From the NCBI RefSeq assembly GCF_028751545.1, contig NZ_CP071867.1:755306-779305 (forward strand): DNA of 24,000 nucleotides. Reading direction: 5' to 3'. The translations under genes and the position numbers were made by a program. The notes under the pieces are model-generated. The model had not been told where the DNA came from, did no database searches, and saw only the letters and a program-made list of their open reading frames with translations. Below, piece after piece: positions 18,789 to 24,000 of the stretch. Origin of the DNA: Gilliamella sp. B3022. Its GTDB lineage: Bacteria; Pseudomonadota; Gammaproteobacteria; Enterobacterales; Orbaceae. The first letter of the stretch is position 1. Each line of letters begins with the position of its first letter.

Positions 18789-20108
18789 TTAACCAATATC
18801 TTTTGCAATATATTTCTGACTCTGGTTATTTATTAATAAAAATAGCCCAATTAATGCACCTAGTGTAAATAACCCAACCACATACATAGCAGGTGCCATT
18901 TTGCTTACAAAGTCACTCAAAAAAGATATTAATAAAGGTGTTAATCCACCTGCGATGGCATACGCCATATTAAATGAAAACGATACGCCACTATAACGAA
19001 TTTGAGCAGGAAAAACTTTCACCATAAAACACGCAAAAGCCCCAACAATACCAACACAGAATCCGGCTAGAGAATAAGTGATAAATAAAAGTTGATGGTT
19101 ATCTAATGATAAATAAAAAATAGCGATAGCAAGTGTAGCAAAAATACAACCCATTAATATGACTTTACCCATAGCAAACTTATCCATCATCATGCCATAA
19201 AAAGTACAACTTATAATCAGACCAATGATGGCTAATATATTAGCTTGTAATGCATCAATAGGTGAGTAACCAAATGCTTTTTGCAATAAAATGGGGGTCA
19301 TTAACATAATGACCATAATACCGGCAGACAAAACCCAAGTCAGTAACATTGATAATATTGTCTGGGGTAAATATTGAGTTATCACGGTAATAACAGGAAT
19401 TTTATTAGACAATTCTTGCTGTTTACGTTTCTGAATTTCAAGAAAAATTGGGGTTTCTTTTAACCAACGGCGCAAATACATTGCCATCAAACCAAAAATA
19501 CCACCAATAAGAAAAGGAATTCGCCATCCCCAATCAATTAATTGTTCGGGAGAGACGCTTTTATTTATAACAGTTGAAACCAATGATCCGAATAAAATAC
19601 CTAAACTTAAGCCACTGGTTAAAATTCCACATGCTAAACCAATTTTATTTTTTGGTACGTGTTCAGCAACAAATGTCCAAGCACCGGGTACTTCACCGCC
19701 TACTGCCAGACCCTGACATAATCGCATAAGTAGGAGTAATAAAGGAGCAAAAACACCAATATGGGTATATGTTGGTAAACAACCGATAAATAACGTCGGT
19801 AAAGCCATAAGCAGTATACTAAGCGTAAACATTCGTTTTCGACCAAAAAGATCGCCAAAGTGCGCCATAATAATTCCTCCAAAGGGACGAATTAAATAAC
19901 CTGCTGCAAAAATACCGAATGTTTGTACCTGACTTAACCATACTGGCATATCATTTGGAAAAAACAGATGACTAATAGTAATTGAAAAGAAAACAAATAT
20001 AATAAAATCATAAAACTCTAAAGCTCCACCTAAAGCAGACAATGCTAACGTTTTATAATCTTGTTTATTTAAAGTACGAGTGTACGTAATGGGTGCTGTG
20101 TATGACAT
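18789..20108 (-). CDS. MFS transporter, metabolite:H+ symporter (MHS) family (ProP/KgtP/ShiA-like)
   Basis: MSYTAPITYTRTLNKQDYKTLALSALGGALEFYDFIIFVFF.. and ..GYLIRPFGGIIMAHFGDLFGRKRMF.. are MHS hallmarks. The start is set at ATG 20108 (AAGGAA 4 nt upstream) rather than 20171. Confidence 0.85.
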   Translation of the reverse strand: MSYTAPITYTRTLNKQDYKTLALSALGGALEFYDFIIFVFFSITISHLFFPNDMPVWLSQVQTFGIFAAGYLIRPFGGIIMAHFGDLFGRKRMFTLSILLMALPTLFIGCLPTYTHIGVFAPLLLLLMRLCQGLAVGGEVPGAWTFVAEHVPKNKIGLACGILTSGLSLGILFGSLVSTVINKSVSPEQLIDWGWRIPFLIGGIFGLMAMYLRRWLKETPIFLEIQKRKQQELSNKIPVITVITQYLPQTILSMLLTWVLSAGIMVIMLMTPILLQKAFGYSPIDALQANILAIIGLIISCTFYGMMMDKFAMGKVILMGCIFATLAIAIFYLSLDNHQLLFITYSLAGFCVGIVGAFACFMVKVFPAQIRYSGVSFSFNMAYAIAGGLTPLLISFLSDFVSKMAPAMYVVGLFTLGALIGLFLLINNQSQKYIAKDIG

Positions 20109-20349
20109 GATCTTCCTTGTAATTTTTTTTTTACACATAGTATATTTTAATGTACTAATATACCTGAACACCCTATTTTTTAAAAGAAAATATCAATTAA
20201 AACGACAACCTACATTTTATTATCGGTATAATATAAAATCTTTTTTTAAAATATATCTTATTTGATTAGATAAACAGCACTAAATGATTAATATACCGTG
20301 ACAAATTAAAACTACAATCAAAAAATATTTTAAAATGGAGAGTCGTGAA

Positions 20350-21390
20350 ATGGCTATAAAACATATTACTCGAGGTAAATTCACACGCATGCAACAATTA
20401 TCTAACCAAGATGGTGTGATTGCAGCATTAGCGATTGACCAACGCGGTTCAATGGTAAAAATGATGGAATCGGCAGTAGGTAAAGATCACTATCATATAG
20501 ATATGGTGTATGAGTTCAAAGAGCTTGTCTCACAAGAATTAACCAAATATGTTAGTGCTATCTTGTTAGATGAAGAGTATGGCTTTAAAGGTATGGCTAA
20601 AAAAAATAAAGATGCTGGATTAATCATCTCCTACGAAAAAACAGGTTATGATGCTAATACTCCAGGTCGTCTACCCGATGTTTTGCCAGAAGACTCTCTA
20701 CAACGGTTATTGAAAAAAGGAGCCGATGCCGCAAAAGTTTTGGTTTATTATAATCCCGATGATCCTCAAGATATTCTAGAAAAAAAACATGCTTTTTTAG
20801 AACGTATCGGTACTGAAGCAAGAGCGGCGGATATCCCGTTATTTGTAGAACCAATCGTCTATGATAATGTGATAACTGATGATAAAAGCCCTGAATTTGC
20901 CAAAATAAAACCTCAAAAAGTCATTAATACCATTAAAGAGTTTACTAAAAATCAATATTATATTGATGTACTAAAAGTTGAAGTCCCAGTACTTTTCAAA
21001 AATGTTGAAGGATTTAATGATAATAATGCTGTTGTTTACACCCAAAAACAAGCTGCTGATTATTTTAAACAGGCCAGTGACGTAGCAACTCGCCCATTTA
21101 TTTATTTGAGTGCAGGTGTACCCACTAAAACTTTCCATCAAGAATTAATTTTTGCTGGCGAAAACGGCGCTAAATACAGTGGTATTTTAGGTGGTCGCGC
21201 AACATGGTTTGAAGGCGTTGCAGCTTATGCCAAAGAAGGAAAAGACGGTCTTAAACGCTGGTTAGATCAAACAGGACGTGAAAATGTTGAACACCTCAAT
21301 AAAATTTTAAAACAGTATGCGACACCTTGGTATGATATTTATGGTGGTAAACAAAACATAGAAGTGATCGATATTAAATTAGGTAATTAA
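20350..21390 (+). CDS. lacD: Class I tagatose-1,6-bisphosphate aldolase (LacD family)
   Basis: ..MQQLSNQDGVIAALAIDQRGSMVKMM.., ..ISYEKTGYDANTPGRLPD.., ..IDVLKVEVPV.., ..IYLSAGV.. and ..GILGGRATW.. are collinear with Staphylococcus/Streptococcus LacD as I recall it. ATG 20350 is preferred (GGAGAG 7 nt upstream) over 20335. Confidence 0.85.
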   Translation: MAIKHITRGKFTRMQQLSNQDGVIAALAIDQRGSMVKMMESAVGKDHYHIDMVYEFKELVSQELTKYVSAILLDEEYGFKGMAKKNKDAGLIISYEKTGYDANTPGRLPDVLPEDSLQRLLKKGADAAKVLVYYNPDDPQDILEKKHAFLERIGTEARAADIPLFVEPIVYDNVITDDKSPEFAKIKPQKVINTIKEFTKNQYYIDVLKVEVPVLFKNVEGFNDNNAVVYTQKQAADYFKQASDVATRPFIYLSAGVPTKTFHQELIFAGENGAKYSGILGGRATWFEGVAAYAKEGKDGLKRWLDQTGRENVEHLNKILKQYATPWYDIYGGKQNIEVIDIKLGN

Positions 21391-21436
21391 TCATAAATTC
21401 GAACCAAATAGCTGTAAATTACGAGTAAGCAAAGAT

Positions 21437-21476
21437 AGAGTACAGGATGTTATCCTATTTACCTGTACTCTCTTTT
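21437..21476 (+). terminator. Long hairpin after lacD (candidate terminator)
   Basis: AGAGTACAGG-(15 nt)-CCTGTACTCT is a perfect 10-bp stem followed by cTTTTaaa. It lies between the convergent lacD and grxB genes. Confidence 0.5.
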
Positions 21477-21545
21477 AAAGTGCTAAAAATGTTATTACCA
21501 AGATGTGCTGTCAATAAAAAATAAATTAGAACGTCCTAAATGATA

Positions 21546-22196
21546 TTAGAGCGCTTTATCAAAAAATAAATTTACTTTAGTTAATTTAGCCATCGACTCA
21601 ATATAACTTTGCACTTTAGGTGGAAAAGACAATCCTTTTACACATGTTAAGTTGCGTAGCACAGGAAACAAACATATATCATCTAAAGATAATTGCCCAT
21701 TACACGCTTGTGACGAGATAATTAACGGTTCAAGATCATTCAATAATTTAGATATTTTAGATACCAATGAATCCGTCTGTGCTAAACATTCATCAAACGA
21801 ACCTATTTTTTTAGTTTTACTTGTGACAAAGTAGTTGATTGCACTTTGAGTAGTAAATTCTGCCAAACCAAGTTTTATATAGCGTGGGCACTCTAATTTA
21901 TAATCATATTGTTGTAGTTGTTTAATTAAATTTTCAATATTTGCAGATGTTGGTCCGATTAAAATAGGTTTGCTCCCATAATGATTATCCACATAATGAA
22001 CAATATCTAAACTTTCAGGCAAATAACTGCCATCATCTTTTTGTAAAATTGGGGCCATTTTTTGACCTATCATGCTTTCGGGAGACTTAAAATCATCACT
22101 TAGAAATACATGTAGCTCAACTGGGATATTTTTTAAACCAAAGATCATTCTAGCCCTTACACAAAAAGGACAATGTTCGTAAATATATAATTTCAT
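21546..22196 (-). CDS. grxB: Glutaredoxin 2
   Basis: MKLYIYEHCPFCVRARMIFGLKNIPVELHVFLSDD.. compared with E. coli Grx2 MKLYIYDHCPYCLKARMIFGLKNIPVELHVLLNDD... The CPFC active site is present, and the GST-like C-terminus ..LFPVLRNLT.. is conserved. The start is at ATG 22196 with AGAAGGAGGTaaaaATG; the ORF-track start at 22217 is an extension. Confidence 0.95.
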   Translation of the reverse strand: MKLYIYEHCPFCVRARMIFGLKNIPVELHVFLSDDFKSPESMIGQKMAPILQKDDGSYLPESLDIVHYVDNHYGSKPILIGPTSANIENLIKQLQQYDYKLECPRYIKLGLAEFTTQSAINYFVTSKTKKIGSFDECLAQTDSLVSKISKLLNDLEPLIISSQACNGQLSLDDICLFPVLRNLTCVKGLSFPPKVQSYIESMAKLTKVNLFFDKAL

Positions 22197-22198
22197 TT

Positions 22199-22939
22199 TT
22201 ACCTCCTTCTTAACCAATCAATAGCCCATAATAAATATGCGAGCCCGAGGAATACCAGTATAACAATGCTTGCATTAATCAATGCTTGCCAATAACCGAT
22301 TTTTGTTACATTGATAAAAGGATACGGATAGAAATGAGTAAAATACCCTCGTACAAAAGTATAAACACCATAAATTAACATGCTAATTAAAGATCCCATA
22401 ATGACGCGAAAATTAATCCGCTGAAATGGTCCCCAAATCAACCAACTTAAAATACCAAATGTGGGAATAACGACATGTAAACTTTCATTAGCTAATCGCA
22501 TATATATATTGGGCGGGATATGAATGCCACGCAAAAGCGAGTTATACACAATAGCAGTAATGATTACCCCCACCAACCCATTTAATCGAATAACTCGAAA
22601 AATAAAACGATTACAATTCGGGCTAAAAGCTAACCATAAACAACTTATTGCCAACATAAGGTTAGATAATACAGTAAAAAAACTGTAATAAAACACCATA
22701 CGCCCTATTGGTGTTGCTGGTTGCCAGCTTCGAAGTTGTGCATGCCAATAAGTATAAGTTTCAAAACCGACAACAAACAGCACATATAATGCAATAAAAA
22801 AATGAAAATTTCGTTTCAACATAACAAACATAAAAAAATCAAACCGTATTGCAGTATATATCAGTTCATATAAAAAAACGAAAATATAAAAATAGATTAA
22901 TGTGTGACTTTTAATCAAAACTCTGAACAAAATACTCAT
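22199..22939 (-). CDS. Polytopic membrane protein, AIG1/ADTRP (FAR-17a)-like / Pr6Pr-type family; function unknown in bacteria
   Basis: Maximal ORF of 246 aa, strongly hydrophobic. The motifs FFTVLSNL, ANESLHVVIP and FYPYPF resemble the [FY]LT..(N)L, LNH.MH...P and VYPF motifs of mammalian AIG1/ADTRP. This assignment rests on motif memory, not a search. The start is uncertain: there is no SD at 22939, and the internal Met codons at 22831 and 22822 would give a protein of about 206-209 aa. The last codons AGA AGG AGG TAA form the SD of grxB. Confidence 0.6.
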   Translation of the reverse strand: MSILFRVLIKSHTLIYFYIFVFLYELIYTAIRFDFFMFVMLKRNFHFFIALYVLFVVGFETYTYWHAQLRSWQPATPIGRMVFYYSFFTVLSNLMLAISCLWLAFSPNCNRFIFRVIRLNGLVGVIITAIVYNSLLRGIHIPPNIYMRLANESLHVVIPTFGILSWLIWGPFQRINFRVIMGSLISMLIYGVYTFVRGYFTHFYPYPFINVTKIGYWQALINASIVILVFLGLAYLLWAIDWLRRR

Positions 22940-23065
22940 AAAGAAAGCATAAAGAAGGCATAAAATCTAAGTATTTTTCACTATTGCAATTTACGCTTCT
23001 AATTTAAAATTACCACGATTTTAGAATAAAACGGTATACACTCCTGAATATTTTTTACAACTTAA

Positions 23066-23338
23066 ATGATCATTTTTGTCATTATTTTGGGTTTTATTAT
23101 CGGTATTGGTCTTATATATTTAAGCAATGATGATTCAAAAAAACAAAACCATGAACTTAATCAACCGGAAAATTTAATTATAGACCTTACAATTTACCCT
23201 TCAACCATTCCTGAAAATCAATTATTACATATAAAAGAAGCTAAAAAGTTGTATGAATCAGCTTTTGACGATCAAGTATTCCATGCGGTAGTTAGCCCGG
23301 ACAACTTAATCAAATTTTTAAAACATGCCTGGCAATAA
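23066..23338 (+). CDS. Hypothetical small protein with an N-terminal transmembrane anchor (possibly the first fragment of a disrupted gene)
   Basis: 90-aa ORF, MIIFVIILGFIIGIGLIYLSNDD.., then a hydrophilic tail. No SD upstream. It is in the same frame as the next two ORFs. Confidence 0.4.
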   Translation: MIIFVIILGFIIGIGLIYLSNDDSKKQNHELNQPENLIIDLTIYPSTIPENQLLHIKEAKKLYESAFDDQVFHAVVSPDNLIKFLKHAWQ

Positions 23339-23350
23339 GATAAAAATGCC

Positions 23351-23743
23351 ATGCCATATTATTACTCTCTTCTTACTTGGCATAAATTCTTTGATGAAGA
23401 TTACGAAGAAAAAGGGATGATCTCATTTACAGAATTTATGCATAAGTATCGGGATCAGTTAGTGGATAATCCAGGTAAACCGTTAGTCGAACCTTACGTA
23501 TTTAAAAGTGAGCAAATGCGGGGGTACTTATGGGATAAGTTTGCCGATTTAAAATATCCGTATTTTGCAATTAGAAAAGGTTGGAGTAAGGGGGCTTGTA
23601 GGTATGATGAACAAGGCATGGCGAGACCCTGTACAGATGAGCAATTAGAAAAAAGTATTGAGTATTTTAATTACGCCATTGACGGTGGCTATCATTGCTA
23701 CGAAGGTTTGATAGCCCGTATGTTATTTCAACAAGGGCGTTAA
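23351..23743 (+). CDS. Hypothetical protein; the C-terminus looks like the start of Sel1-like (SLR/TPR-like) repeats
   Basis: 130-aa ORF with no SD. The tail ..SIEYFNYAIDGGYHCYEGLIARMLFQQGR stops at TAA 23741-23743, exactly where an SLR Y..G.G turn would continue. Confidence 0.45.
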   Translation: MPYYYSLLTWHKFFDEDYEEKGMISFTEFMHKYRDQLVDNPGKPLVEPYVFKSEQMRGYLWDKFADLKYPYFAIRKGWSKGACRYDEQGMARPCTDEQLEKSIEYFNYAIDGGYHCYEGLIARMLFQQGR

Positions 23744-23839
23744 TATAAAGATCAGAAATATGAGCAACTGAATAAATTAACCGAATACCGCAAAGTATTA
23801 AAATCAGACAATTTAAAACAGGCGATAGATTATGCATAG

Positions 23840-24000
23840 CTAATAGCAGAGCATAGCTCGATTATAGGCATATTGCGCATGACTGAAGCCTATTTATATG
23901 GTTTAGGACGGGAGCAAGATCCGGTTAAAGCCAATGCCTGGTCACTATTAAGTGATTATGCAAAAAAAATTATCGAGATAGGCAGGAATTTAGCGTGGGA
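23840..24000 (+). CDS. Sel1-like repeat protein, partial (open to the right edge); first ATG at 23879
   Basis: Not in the ORF track because it is edge-truncated. The frame-2 translation LIAEHSSIIGILRMTEAYLYGLGREQDPVKANAWSLLSDYAKKIIEIGRNLAW.. fits the SLR consensus Y..G.G...D..KA..W. Confidence 0.5.

Larger units (their letters stand above)
23066..24000 (+). pseudogene. Alternative reading of the three ORFs above: one TM-anchored Sel1-like repeat gene broken by three in-frame stops
   Basis: All three ORFs share one frame (23066, 23351 and 23840 are each congruent to 2 mod 3). They are separated only by TAA 23336-23338, TAA 23741-23743 and TAG 23837-23839, with no frameshift. SLR periodicity continues across the last two stops. 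Confidence 0.35.

Noticed and set aside
23336-23839. An alternative genetic code or programmed recoding as the explanation for the three in-frame stops in the Sel1-like locus.
   Set aside because: TAA and TAG clearly terminate well-conserved genes elsewhere in the window: tgt ends in TAG, EIIB in TAG, and alaA, grxB and many others in TAA, at positions matching their orthologs. None of the three stops is TGA, so selenocysteine is not an option. Decay is more parsimonious.

Overview
This is a 24-kb chromosomal segment from an AT-rich gammaproteobacterium. Several proteins track their E. coli counterparts along the full length as I recall them: AlaA, QueA, Tgt, YcaL, RimL, AdhP and Grx2. My guess is a host-associated Orbales/Enterobacterales-like species, which cannot be verified here. 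Most of the window is ordinary housekeeping and carbohydrate or amino-acid uptake.

Gene content from left to right:
- A galactitol-family PTS operon (EIIA-EIIB-EIIC) followed by a PRD/HTH regulator that is cut by the left edge.
- An ACT-domain (UPF0237) plus DUF711/UPF0210 gene pair of unknown function, divergent from alaA.
- A YcaL-like M48 lipoprotein peptidase, then queA, then a second paralogous M48 lipoprotein on the opposite strand, then tgt.
- A stand-alone tRNA-Pro(UGG) unit with a near-consensus promoter and a terminator.
- A LacI-family regulator divergent from an ascorbate-family PTS (EIIA-EIIB-EIIC), with a perfect 14-bp palindromic operator and a CRP-like site between them.
- rimL, a LAT/SteT-like amino-acid permease, adhP and an MHS-type MFS transporter.
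- A Firmicutes-type class I tagatose-1,6-bisphosphate aldolase (lacD).
- An AIG1/ADTRP-like polytopic membrane protein translationally coupled to grxB.
- At the right edge, one reading frame carrying a TM anchor, an unknown domain and Sel1-like repeats, broken by three in-frame stop codons.

I see no CRISPR array, transposase, integrase, phage genes or recognisable defence system, and I cannot claim a clearly novel system. The items most worth a second look are the ACT+DUF711 module, the AIG1-like/Grx2 coupled pair, the triple-stop Sel1-like locus, the duplicated M48 lipoproteins around queA, and the two PTS operons that lack any linked catabolic genes. All homology statements come from my memory of family sequences and motifs, not from searches.
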